A stretch of DNA of 50,524 nucleotides, filler included, from Catajapyx aquilonaris (taxonomy: Eukaryota), in assembly GCA_000934665.2 (NCBI GenBank). It is 3 parts of 3 records of this genome, joined end to end, with 100 filler letters (N's around TTAATTAATTAA, not from the genome) between each part and the next. Parts side by side here need not be neighbours in the genome. Positions count along the whole stretch, not along the records: positions 16,888 to 33,654 come from JYFJ02007113.1; 2 more parts are not named here. One strand, 5' to 3'. The translations under genes and the position numbers were made by a program. This document shows positions 22,672-33,754 of the stretch, in pieces. How positions within the stretch are numbered: position 1 is the stretch's first letter; the number at the start of each line of letters is the position of its first letter. A model generated the notes under the pieces. The model had not been told where the DNA came from. It was given only the letters and a program-made list of their open reading frames with translations, and searched no databases.

Positions 22672-23000
22672 CAGTGGAGCATCGATTATCCGAACAGAGT
22701 CTGCCAATGGGGTGTTCGGATAACTGATTGTTCGGATAATCGATCATTTACCGGAAAAAATGTACCGGTGTCATAGGAGCAATATGAAACTACCACAAAA
22801 CTGCACATTTTCTGTCACAGGCAGGTCTTAAAAATACTGTACATATACCTTACTGTCCTTACACGAAGTAGTCCTGCAGTTTAGGGGGGGGGGGGGGGNC
22901 GTTTTTTTTGGGGGGGGGGGGGGGTTTGGTTGTTTTTTTGGTATTTTGCCGACCCGTAAACGTTCGGTTGATCGGTGTTCGGATAATCGATGCTCCACTG
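22672..23000. mobile_element. pogo/Tigger-like MITE inserted in the THAP-transposase remnant
   Basis: TIRs CAGTGGAGCATCGATTATCCGAACA ... TGTTCGGATAATCGATGCTCCACTG with internal subterminal copies of GTTCGGATAA. TA on the right, TG on the left. Confidence 0.8.
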
Positions 23001-23002
23001 TA

Positions 23003-23720
23003 GTATAAAAAACGGCACTCTGGAGTTAAGAAGTGAAAAAAAGCACACAAGGCCCGGTATGTTGGGAATCCAGTATAGTACCTTACGTCCGAGTCACTTT
23101 TGCGGAATCTCAGTAAGGTGCAGCTGGTCTTGTCACGCATGTGTAGCAAATCCACGGACTTTTTTTCGTATTTCCACATTACCACCCGAACTTTCACTTG
23201 ATGATTGCCCATCACTTGCCTTTTCAGAATCGGAATGCACCACCAACTTCTCTCCCACAGCGGTCTCCTCTTATGTCGTCATTTGAGCATCCTCCTCCTA
23301 CTCCGCCATAGGTGCCTGATCATTCAACGGCACCGAGTATGAATGCTCCGGATGAACTGCAAATTCACACTTTGAAGTAGACGGCTGATGGTTGTCATCG
23401 CCAGGAGACTCGCAATCACGATGTCGTCTTTTTCTACTGCACTCTCCCCCCCCCCCCCCAAAAAACCTGGATGGTACTGCTGTTGGGCGGAGCCTTTTTT
23501 AAGTGTATGGCAATCCTGGTGTCTCTTTATAGTCAGTGGGCACAAAATGCGCGGAACAAACCCTTGTGTATTTTGTAATCCTGAAGTGCGGTCCTTCATC
23601 TCGCCTTATCATCAAAACCCACTTTTTTGACAACTCTTGGTCACTGGGGAATGAATGAAATGACACACCGGATTTGTTTCTTGCATCATCATTGCAATGA
23701 GCAACACAGCAGTGGGACAT
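23003..23720 (-). mobile_element. THAP-domain + DDE_Tnp_4-type (ISL2EU/PIF-Harbinger group) transposase remnant
   Basis: THAP signature M..CCV..C...FHSFP...KWV..IRR...VCSAHF...(stop)...AVPS, followed by SDSDVRYYTGFPTY..L..FF. Stops and frameshifts present. Confidence 0.75.
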
Positions 23721-24329
23721 TGTACGAATGTGCTTGTTACCCTGTCCCTAAAATGCAAAGAAAGTCTGTCAATAACGATCTCTATTTATGTTTTATTTTT
23801 TATTTTATTTTTCTACCCCGTGCTCGAGCCAGGGGCTCGCTTTGGGGGACACAACACTCCTGACCCTTACACTTATATATCGTCCCGATCTGCTGTCCGC
23901 TCTGATGAATAACGATCTCTATGAGAAAATGGTGAAGTCTATAGGCTTACATACCTCATTCAGAGTGCTTAGTTTCGTCGACTTAAGGGCCGACCTCTCG
24001 GCAGCCCTCAAGCCTCCTGTGGACCAGACACCAGAGGTTTCACCTCGACTTCTGGTCACTAACTCCCTGCTATCGTGTCCCCCACTCCAACGATTTTAGC
24101 TATCTTTATCGCTCCCATAACAGTCTCAATTCTTCTGCTTGAATTCCGTGAATGGCGATCACAGTGATTTTATCAGGATGATTTGACATGATATGTTTCT
24201 CTAGGTTACCTGAGTGCTGACCCTAGAAAAGAAATATAAGTTAAAACATATGTCAAAAATATCTGTGGATCGGTAAGGTTTTATAGTACTTACCGAGAGC
24301 TCAGATGTACGGCCTCCAATGTCGCAGTG

Positions 24330-24420
24330 TGACTTGTTGGTCTCCTCATTATAAATAAAGTATTGCCTAATGAACGAATGTGCAGGTCGTCCTTGCTTAC
24401 TACCATTTCGTCTTCCACTC
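24330..24420 (-). mobile_element. Possible BED zinc-finger fragment (hAT-type)
   Basis: GRPAHSFIRQYFIYNEETNKSHCDIG resembles the BED finger start (S.+..+F.......C). Truncated. Confidence 0.3.
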
Positions 24421-24633
24421 ATCGGGGGCGAAAGTTCGGCGGCCTTCCTTACACGAACGCAAGTTCCTACCCAACAAGTTTCTTTCTGTCTGGCACTTGG
24501 CAGGTCTGTAGCATAAAATAGAGGAAGATCATCGACAGGCATTTTACATCGCCAACTCAATATATGAATGATGAGAACAAAGTGCAAAATGAAAAAAAGA
24601 AGAGTTCACATCATTCTTATAAGAGTGAAACAG

Positions 24634-24988
24634 TCAGTAATTTTTTTTCCATAAAGCCGATGACATCTTTCCTTTCCTCTTCTGTATTTCATTATGTATA
24701 CAATTCTTGATGTCCTGCCATGAGCGTTTAACAGAAGTGGCAGACATACATGCTTCGCACTCATCTTTCCTGGGTACTCATAAATTGTCAATTTTCACTT
24801 TGAAGAATTTTAGAACTTCGTTTTTCCTCAATGTTCCAGTAATTCCGTTTGACACCTGCAAGAAGAATTTTCATATTTGCATGCCGAAACCTACATCTTA
24901 ATAGTATGCCAGGTTGCATTTTACCTTTCTTTTGCGAAGAAACGCCAGACCTTCCAGCACCTGGACTAGGTTTGGTTTGGCTGAAAGG

Positions 24989-25028
<40 letters not shown>

Positions 25029-25179
25029 AAATAGCGTCTAACCAAAATTAAATGCAATTCGTCACAAGAGGAATGGGCCCCTTATAAAACCGACTCAGTC
25101 ATGAAATGAACATATAAACACTCACCAGGAGGCCTGTAATTGCCATCATCAGTAGAACTGTTCGACTCGAGATCAGTTT
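24634..25179 (-). pseudogene. 3' exons of a decayed, probably TE-derived gene with a Myb/SANT-like C-terminus
   Basis: GT-AG-bounded exon 25179-25126, a donor at 24925 and an acceptor at 24855. The last exon reads KRNYWNIEEK/EVLKFF...*VPRKDECEAC...RSWQDIKNCIHN with a frameshift and a stop. Confidence 0.35.
24991..25026 (+). repeat. (GT)n microsatellite
   Basis: About 18 GT units, seen directly. Confidence 0.95.
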
Positions 25180-25201
25180 CTGGAAATTGTAAAATCAGGG
25201 T

Positions 25202-26070
25202 TTAATCAACAGAGTAGCTATCCAGCTTCATCAGCATCTGCATGTACCCTGGCCCCAACTTAACATTAAAAAAGGTGTCGCAAAAGGCATGTGGGTATCT
25301 TTCGGCCATATCTTTTGCCACCTGTCGCAAAAAGGTCCTCCCTGGAAGTATTCTGAAGGCTTGCGAAGCATCGCTTACGATCCTCACAATTTGCCGAATT
25401 TCTTTTGGGGTCACATAGGGCTTTGTTTAAGTTTCTCTAAAACTGGTATGGGTAGCAAGTGCCACGGAACATCAAAGTTATTATTAGGACTGACAAAGGT
25501 CGGTGTTGGCCGCGGGGAGGGAGCTAGAAAGTGCAACAAAATAAAATGTCATTAATTTCCTCATCACTATACTGCCCTGCACAGAACACTTACCTTGTCC
25601 ATTCTGGTGATCAGAATGATCTGCTGCACCATCTATCAATGTTGCCAGTGCTGCTAGTGCTGCTGCTCACACCTGAAAAGGCATTATCATTAAGTGAGCA
25701 ATATTGAAAACAATCGTACTGGCAATATTTTTGTACAATGGTGGACCAAGTTAGGTACTATTAGCTCTGCTGCGGCAATGTGAAGCATCAAATCTGGCAG
25801 AGCAATGGAAATGTTGATGCTCCATCTTTCCACAGCAGTGGTAGTAGGCCTAAACATTATTTTGTTGTATGCATACCTGCAGCTGCCCACTCTTGAACTA
25901 GTTTCCTAGCCTGAATAGGGAAGACAATGCCATCTAGGTCGCCTTCCCTCACATAAGTGAGGAGATCGACTGTCAGCCCCAAGTGCCTGCAGCTTGGTCA
26001 TGACTCTCTGCACAACATCGTCTCCCAGAGTGGGAAGAATGGCAAATATTTTTGCTCGCACCCCTTCCAT
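25202..26070 (-). mobile_element. Decayed accessory gene of an animal CACTA/EnSpm-like element (SAM-like N-terminus)
   Basis: MEGVRAKIFAILP...LQALG/DLLTYVREGDL...PIQARKLV, then FDVPWHLLP, IRQIVRIV...LRQVAKDMAERYPHAFCD...LGPGY..ML.KL. Spliced and frameshifted; assignment from motif recall. Confidence 0.5.
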
Positions 26071-26873
26071 TTGTCAATCTGAAAGATTCATAGGTAAGAA
26101 TAATCAGAAATGTTTAAATATAAGTGGATAAGTCTTCAAATTAATCACTGCATATAAAAATGTGACAATTTTAAGAAATGCGTAATTTCAGGTAAGTCAT
26201 GCATACCAACATGTGAATAGGAGACAATAATCTTAAGATCCCACCAGGTGTGTATGTTGCACTAAATAATGGCCTTAATTAATCACGAATATTATTGGTA
26301 ATTGCTTGTGGATCTAATAAGTAATTAAGGCGAGACCCTACTGAAAAAAATATATTTGTTGATACTGAACGTAAGGCATCATGTTAGTACCATGTTGAAG
26401 ATACTTTAAGGCCCGTATTCATAATGGAATTCGAACGCGGGGTCGGGGTTGAACCCGGGGTTGAGGCGGAGTTGACCCCGGGTTCGTATTCATAATGGCC
26501 TTGAAACCCCGCGATCCGGGGTTGAGTCGGGCGGGGAGTTGACCCCGGTCCTCGACCAGGGTTCAGTTCTGAACTCGGGGTTGAGGTCGATTGCAAATGG
26601 CGGAAGGGGTCGAAGTTCATGCCGTTCTGAAGCGGCTAGTCCTCCGACGCGTGTGTCTGAGGGACCGGGAGAACCCGATGGAGGTGTACGACGACGCCAT
26701 GCGTCCCTCCGGCAACGCGGTACCGCCTGCGGAAAGACTGCGTGTTGAACCTGCTCGAAATGATCGCGGCCGACCTCGTTCTTCCTCTGTAGACAAGCGG
26801 GCCATTTCAGGGCTACTGATAAATTGACATCAGTCATGCAAAGACAGTGATTTTATTGGGTGGGCTACATATA

Positions 26874-27285
26874 CAGGGAGTCATCCCAAGTTCAAGTGAC
26901 GATTTAACGGTTATAAATAGCAGTGATTTTGTGCTATTCATGTAGCAGCTACGTCTGAACTATTACCTCTTCGGCGTCATCGAAAATATTAGCTGTGAAT
27001 AGCAGCATACATGTAATGAATCTGCTGGAACCACATGCCACATGCGGCACCAATGCCAATCCGGCAGTCCGCAAAGAAGGCTGCCACTCCCGCGCCACAC
27101 GCGGGGTAAAACAGGGCACTGTATTTTTTCCAGGTCAACCCGACAGGATTCATTACATGCTTGATTACATGTATGCTGCTATTGGCAGCTAATATTTTCG
27201 ATGAAGCTGATGTAGCTGCTACATGAATGGCGCAAATAACTGATATTTGTAACTGTTAATCGTCACTCGAACTTGTGACGCCCTG
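26874..27285. mobile_element. Tc1/mariner-type MITE with long imperfect TIRs, nested in the Harbinger element
   Basis: TA-CAGGG...CCCTG-TA with ~120-bp imperfect inverted arms (e.g. TCATCGAAAATATTAGCTG / CAGCTAATATTTTCGATGA). Confidence 0.75.
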
Positions 27286-27825
27286 TAGCTAGTAGGCTAC
27301 ATAAGTATTCTGATGTATGTACACCTTCTACAATTTTTGTAGGAAAAGAATGCGTCTCGTACCACCCCGCCATGAAGTACAAAATAATGGTCACTGTTGC
27401 TCCTCACCCAAAATCTTACCTCAACCAGCCCCCTGAGTTAATTATAGCTTATTCGGTACAATAGATGCTGGTCAGCCCTTGCTATTTGGTCCAATAGTCA
27501 GCTCATTTACTGCAGAAGTTGGGTGACAATAATGGCTAGTGATGGGTCTGAACTTGAGATAGAAAAGTGGCCAAGTCCACTGCAGAAATTATGCACTTTA
27601 ATGTCATCGGGTATTAATATTGCACATTTGCGTATTATGTAGCAGACGAGCTATTATGCGGCAACGTAAAAATTATGGTCGTACAAGAGGTTAACGTAAA
27701 CGCACCCGATTAAATCCTTAGCTATAGCTATTTAGCAAAGGCGAATTTTTTAGTTAGCTTATTAGCTGTTAGAGAAGTTAATTTTTCGGATAGCTGTGCC
27801 CACCTCTGTTTTGTTAGTAAGTTAG

Positions 27826-27942
27826 GGTGGAATTTTTGTCGTACTACTAGTTACTTCTAACTTATAGCAGTACCAGTGTAGTGCAATACTGCAAATGTAC
27901 TGCTAAGTTAGCAGTAACTCGTAGTACGACGAAAATTCCACC
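27826..27942. repeat. Hairpin/foldback repeat (small MITE-like)
   Basis: GGTGGAATTTTtGTCGTACTACtAGTTAC... is mirrored by ...GTAACTcGTAGTACGACgAAAATTCCACC. Confidence 0.7.
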
Positions 27943-28710
27943 GTTCGAAATTAAATAGTAAGTTAGTCACCTGTTATTTTCACTCATTTGCCAAGCACAG
28001 GGCCGTTTCGCGACCCGTCCGCGTGAGAGTGCTAGCGCCGCGTCCGATACGGTACCGTATTGGGTAGTGTGACGTCACGAAATGGACGCCTGTTTCCAAG
28101 CCTGGTAAGCCCTGGGGTTGGAACGCGGAGTCGACTCAACCCCGCGGATGTTCGACATTATGCATACGGATCGGACTCAACCCCGGGGTTACTCAACCCC
28201 GGGTTGAGAATGTCCATTTTGAATACGGGCCTAAGAATATCCTAAAACAATTTTTAATTAATAATTAATAATTAGTTATGTTCCGTTGTTAAGATTTTAT
28301 GGCCTATAATACACGTTCTTCATTGATAACTTAAATGCTCCATGCGTCTATAAAAGTGATTCAGACATCATATATTTTTCTCACACACTAATACAACCTT
28401 AATAAACAGAACTGAGCATTGGCAATAGCAGATGTTGAGCCAATTCATCTGCAGGTTTTTTCATGTGCACCTACTAAAGTAAAATATCAAAATATGGCAA
28501 ATTCCCTCGAACAAATATTTGCATTAAAAAAAGTTGTCAAGTAACGGTAATGGCCATGCTCAGTTTTGTTCCTCACACCTTCAACATGCTTTGTGCAAAT
28601 ACCTGACCCTCTACGACAAAAACTGAGACGCATGGAACGTTTGGAACGCTGAAAAAGGTTGTTTTGAGAAAAACACATTTGAAAATTGATAAACAGTTTT
28701 GTTCAATTTT

Positions 28711-28855
28711 TCAGAACATTGCAGCCCCATACGTTGGTCCCTCCTCTTTTTTTTTGGCTGCTTCAGCAGTCTTCTTGGCCCGGTGAATTTTCTTGCGCTC
28801 TCTCTTGGCTACAGCTTCACTTTGTACCTCACTCTTCCTCCTCTCATCCCTTCTC
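28711..28855 (-). mobile_element. C-terminal tail of a probable Kolobok/Mutator-like transposase
   Basis: Basic coiled tail ending KKKEEGPTYGAAMF*, matching the EGxxYxAGxF terminus I associate with this family. Confidence 0.4.
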
Positions 28856-28930
28856 TTGCTAAGAGCAACGGTGGCTTCAGACAGGGCTTCAAGGGGAAGC
28901 CCTGTCTGAAGCCACCGTTGCTCTTAGCAA
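28856..28930. repeat. Perfect 35-bp inverted repeat with 5-nt loop
   Basis: TTGCTAAGAGCAACGGTGGCTTCAGACAGGGCTTC-aaggg-GAAGCCCTGTCTGAAGCCACCGTTGCTCTTAGCAA, followed by a 15-bp tandem duplication CTAGGGTCAAGATAA x2. Confidence 0.95.
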
Positions 28931-29150
28931 CTAGGGTCAAGATAACTAGGGTCAAGATAACTCATGTGTTTTGGGAGGTGGCTTGTGTCCTTGGCAACCA
29001 TAATTATTTGCCCCGCCCCCTACCTGTCGACCAATCAGGATTCGATTTCAAAGGAGATGGGCGTTATGTCTAAAACCTCAAGAATGAGATGAGTTTGTTT
29101 ACACTTATGCAATTGGTAACCCAGAAGGGGGGAAATATTTCCCCGCCAAT

Positions 29151-29358
29151 CGATGAAGCATAATTACCTAGTGAAATTTTCGGATTCCGTACCTGTGTTT
29201 CGAGTCCTGCAGAAGTGCCTCCACAGCAGATCACAACATATTTACATGTCAGACTGTCATGAAATTCTCTTTATTCGCCAAACTTGTCAGCAGAATTTCC
29301 AGACTAGGCTGCTCATATTCTGTACAGCTCAGTTGAGAACAATTACCATTAGAGAGGG
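29151..29358 (-). mobile_element. piggyBac terminal fragment, second copy of 18518-18715
   Basis: About 198-bp near-identical direct repeat (I count ~8 mismatches). On the minus strand it begins CCCTCTCTAATGG, a piggyBac-like terminus. Confidence 0.65.
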
Positions 29359-29403
29359 TTGTGGGTAGGGTCGCTGGAGGTCATGACGCCGTACGCATTA
29401 ACT

Positions 29404-32400
29404 AGTAAGTAAGTAAGTAATGATGTTTATTAAACCCTGTGTACACCTCTGGTGTTTATAGGGTGACTTCTCATTTACATTATACATCTTCCCTGCGCAT
29501 ACACTCATAATTTGATATCACAGAATTTTAAATAATTTGTCACTGATACAAAAAATTTATACAACATTTGAATTGTGTGTATTGGCATTTGGCTGAACAA
29601 CGTATGACACTTATGCCGGGGAAGCGAGGGCAAATTAACAAGAGTATTATTCCTTATTACATTAACAAACGGGCATTCGTAAATTAGATGATACCATGAC
29701 CAGTCTTCATCGTAGTTGCACAGAGTACATTTGTTTCCCGTCGGGAAAGTTAGCTTGCATTCTTTTATATAACAAGACACAGACATATTTCTTAGGTTAC
29801 TCAGCATTCGAACCTGGGGGAGAGGCAGTGAGTACAAAAAAATATTGCGCTATACCGTTTTCCGGGACTTGATCAACATAATAATTATACCTCGTCGAGG
29901 CTTCCATATCAATCAAGTCCTGTTGCTGCGACGCTACTATAAAGTTTTTGACTAGGCTTTGGACATTCGAATAATCTCCCATTTTCAACCATTCCACCCA
30001 TGAATATCCACTTTGCCAGAATAACTCCTTCACTTGCCTCGCCCATGGTGGTTCGATTGATGAGTCCATTACCCATTCCAAGGCCCTCTTTGGCCATCTT
30101 TCTTCTGACAGGAGCATAGTTTTGGTCAGGAACCCTAGTAGCTGTTTAAACGTGTTCAGCACTATGTGTCTTCTACCTGTTTCAAGCCGGGCGTAGTAGC
30201 CTGCCGTGCCTCGAGGTAACGTTAAAAACTTTTTTATGAAGTAAGTTTGAACTCTTTCGATTTCCTTTTGGCGGTCAAGAGCCCAGAAACATGATCCGTA
30301 GAGGACAGCTGGTGTTATCTTTGCATCGAACAGTTTCAGTGCCACTCTTATATCTCGCAATCGAAACTTCACTAACAGCGGCAAAAGCGAATTTATGGCG
30401 GCAAAACCTTTGTTTACAAAGTATTGGGTAGCCCTCGCTGATTTTGTAGAAGTAGCAAATGGGATACCCTAGATATTTGTAATCGGCGGTCGATTCAATC
30501 TTTACCCTATCCCAATAAAAAGTATCCTTCGCTGATACCCGTCCTCCTTTCCTAAACACCACTACCTTCGTCTTCGTCACATTCAGTGTGAGGTCATTTA
30601 AGTCGAAGTACTCTGTCAAGGCTATTATACTCTTCCTTATCTCGAGAGGGTTGCTTGCTAAGATCACCAGATCGTCCGCGAATTGGAGAAAGTTAATATC
30701 TTGATCCTTATCATTAAATCTTACTCCAGATATTCCCTTCGATTCAAATACTCCTCCCAAGTCCGACAGATATAAGTTAAACATTAAAGGGCTCAGAGGG
30801 TCACCTTGGAGGACTCCCCGGGTGATTGGTATCGAGCGATTTCCTGCCTGTGCCTTCATATTTGCTGAGTTGTACAAAGATTGAATACAGCACATCAGTC
30901 TACTCGGGCTAACTCCTAACTTTATCAGTTTGGAGAACAATTTATTATGCTCCACCGAGTCAAATGCCTTGGCCAGATCAATAAATAATGCGTAAAGTTT
31001 GCCTCTTTTTTTCATTGTATATTTTTGTACCAGGAGTGTAAGCACCATTATATGATCTTGGCATGCTCTATTCCTTCTGAATCCTGCTTGGTTTTCTGGG
31101 AAAATGTCTCTTTCTTCTGCCCAATCTCGCAACCTCTTTTCCAGAACTGAAGTAAACAGTTTCAAAATGTTGTTTAAAAGCGCTATTGGGCGATAATTCT
31201 CAGGGTTCGAGGTGAGGCCCGCCTTATATATTGGAATTACCGTGAGCGAGGTCCAATCAGTTGGCAGTATACCTGATTCCAGTATTTGATTAAAAACTTT
31301 CACTATTAATCCCCTCAGTTCATTCGATGACAGTTTATATAATTCATTGGGTAGTTTGTCGGGTCCGCCGGCTTTCTTATTTTTCAGAAGTTCTAACGCC
31401 CGCTGTAACTCTACTATCGTTATGGGCTCATCTAATTTTAATATAGAGTAGCCATTAACCCGACTTATTGGAGCTATTTGGGCTCTCGGTTCATGCCATA
31501 TTTGGAGATGGTTTAACCAGATTTGTTGTTCTAATACCGCAATCCCTTTTCCGTCTTTTTTGTATCTCTTAACTAAGGTCCAAAACTCCGCCGAATTTTT
31601 TGTTGCTAGCATCTTTTGCAGTGTAACATTATAATAAAGCTTTTCTTTTGCCCTCAAAATCTTCTTATATTGTCTGGCCCTTGTTCTGTATTCCCTTCGC
31701 AGATCGTCCGTCGGGTTTGCCTTCCATTTTCGCATTGATTTCAAAACTACTTTTTTATGCTCTTTTAGGGTTTCGTCGAACCAAGGGTTGGCTGGATTCA
31801 TTAACCTTCCACTTATGGCTTTAATTTCCTTTAATATTCCTCTATCTTTTAAAAATCTCTTGTAACCCTCTTGTCATTCGTCCGGCCAGTCCCTGGGCTT
31901 CTTCTATATTGAGTAGTTCCCTGCTCAGAACTGTTACCCGTTGTTCTAATTCCGTTTTGGACTGTTCCAATTTGTTCCAGTCCAAGACTACTCTCGAGGC
32001 ACGCCTTCGTTCCTCCCCCGGCTCCTGTACCAAACAGCTAACATAAACCGGAAAGTGATCCGACCCCAAAATTTCCATTACTTTTAAATCTAACACACTC
32101 TTCAACAACCCTTGCGAGACCATGACGTAATCTATAACCGTACTTGCATTTGATGAACAATATGTGAATTGGCCCTCCGCATCAGACTTCGATACTCCAT
32201 TTAATATCAGTAGTGAAACCCTATCCATACACTGTAATAATTTTCTCCCTTTTGTATTTACTATTGTGTCCCTTGATTTTTTTGGATTATTTATCCATCC
32301 AGTTTCTTCCAATTCCAAGTACAAATTTTGAGATTCACCTCCTATTCTTGCATTGAAGTCTCCTGCCAACATCACGTCGTGGCCTTGTTCTAGCCACGGC

Positions 32401-33654
32401 ATTACCGTCATCTCTATTTGTTCTAATGCACTATCATAATTCATTGAGGGAGCAATATACACTAACCCAAAAATCAACTTTTGAGAGAACGGAGCTTCCA
32501 ATTCTACAAATATAAACATGGGCGTGGTGCTTTTAAGAGTCGGATTCCTGTTTGATTTAATCAGCAACGCCAGCCCTCCCTTTGACCTGCCCACCTTGGC
32601 TGTGCGGGTTGATTGGACACTGAAATAAGACCATTCTGTACCAATTCTGGGGATCTTGCCGGACATGTCCCACGTCTCCACTGCTCCAAATATTTCCAGC
32701 TCCTTCGACTCTTCTTGGCATTTTTGGAGGGCACTTAACACTCCCAAACCCGCTACATTCCAAACTACCACCCCAAAGTCAATTTCATCCCTCACATTAC
32801 ACTTTGACACCACCGCACCACATTTAGGAGCCTCAACACTTGGCTCCTCCTCTATTTGGGTTAACTCACTAGCACTGCCGAGGTTTTCTGCTTCTTGGTA
32901 AACTGACGATGCACTACAAGTTGATTTGTCGGTGTAACGGACTTTACGCTGCTGCCTTCCTCAGCTGTGAGTTGTCTCGACGCACCTTTAATCTTCATCT
33001 ATTGTGGCCACCTGTGCACGGTCACCCACTGCCTTCAACTGCTTGTCAGGTTGTTGACCCTGCGGGGAGCTTGAGGCTGTTCCGTTTGATCACGCACTCT
33101 TCTTGCTGCTCCTGCTCCATCCGCCTCAAAGTGACGTCGGCCATGGCTTGTTTCCCCCTGCAGTTCTGGACCTTCATCACCTCCTTCCATGTGCTCCTTG
33201 CGTAGTTGTTCCAGGGTGTAGAAACGACCGGCGATTTTAGCTCGGTCTTTTCTCAGGGTCGCCGGCCTCCCTCCTTCCTTCGCCCTCTTTACGTACGGGA
33301 GAAGTTGCCTTCGGATGTCTCGGGTGTTTCTCGAAAAGTCCTCCGCCATCACGATGCTAGTGCTGCGTAGCTTAGCTGCATTTGACAACAAGGCCTCTCT
33401 ATCCTTGAAGTAGGTGCATCGTAATATAATGGGGCGGATTTTTCCTTGAGTGTATCGACCCAAGCGATGGCACCGCTCGATCGATAAGTTGTAGTCGTTA
33501 GCAAGGACCCTGTAGTACCGTAGTGCTCGGAGTGTTTTGTCTTCACACACTGCCCATGGCTCCTCTACATCTGGGCCCAGCCCGAACACCACCACATTTT
33601 TCAGTCTCGCCCTGTCCTCCATATCAGTGATCTTCGTCTCCAACAAGGTCACTT
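29404..33654 (-). mobile_element. Near-full-length non-LTR retrotransposon (LINE): ORF1 + APE-RT ORF2, frameshifted; 5' end in gap
   Basis: ORF1 33035-33652 (EDRARLKNVVVFGL, IERCHRLG, RPIILRC). APE endonuclease 31842-32813 (WNVAG, ETW, GDFNA, IDY, SDH). RT 30275-31801 (YRPIAL, QAGFR, FIDLAKAFD, QGDPLSP, FADD). C-terminal parts 29797-30384 and 29505-29837 carry CTLC..H...C. 3' hairpin, AATAAA and (TTAC)n tail. Clade not determined. Confidence 0.95.
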
Positions 33655-33754
33655 NNNNNNNNNNNNNNNNNNNNNNNNNNNNNNNNNNNNNNNNNNNNTT
33701 AATTAATTAANNNNNNNNNNNNNNNNNNNNNNNNNNNNNNNNNNNNNNNNNNNN
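33655..33754. other. Assembly gap (100 nt) with artificial TTAATTAATTAA linker
   Basis: N-run with linker at 33699-33710. Confidence 0.97.

Larger units (their letters stand above)
26410..28231 (+). mobile_element. Internally deleted PIF/Harbinger element
   Basis: TIRs GGCCCGTATTCAtAATGGA ... TCCATTtTGAATACGGGCC with a TAA TSD (26407-09, 28232-34) and subterminal AACCCCGGGGTT-type palindromes. ORF start 26597 MAEG...LRDRENPMEVYDD resembles a HARBI1-type transposase N-terminus. Confidence 0.85.

Noticed and set aside
22883..23465. Long poly-G/poly-C runs (also ~10403-10419) as G-quadruplex or regulatory tracts
   Set aside because: Two are close to ambiguous bases and all lie inside TE remnants; likely low-quality sequence.
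16832..33710. TTAATTAATTAA inside both N-runs as a piggyBac-like TTAA target
   Set aside because: Identical string centred in both 100-nt gaps; an artificial scaffold linker.
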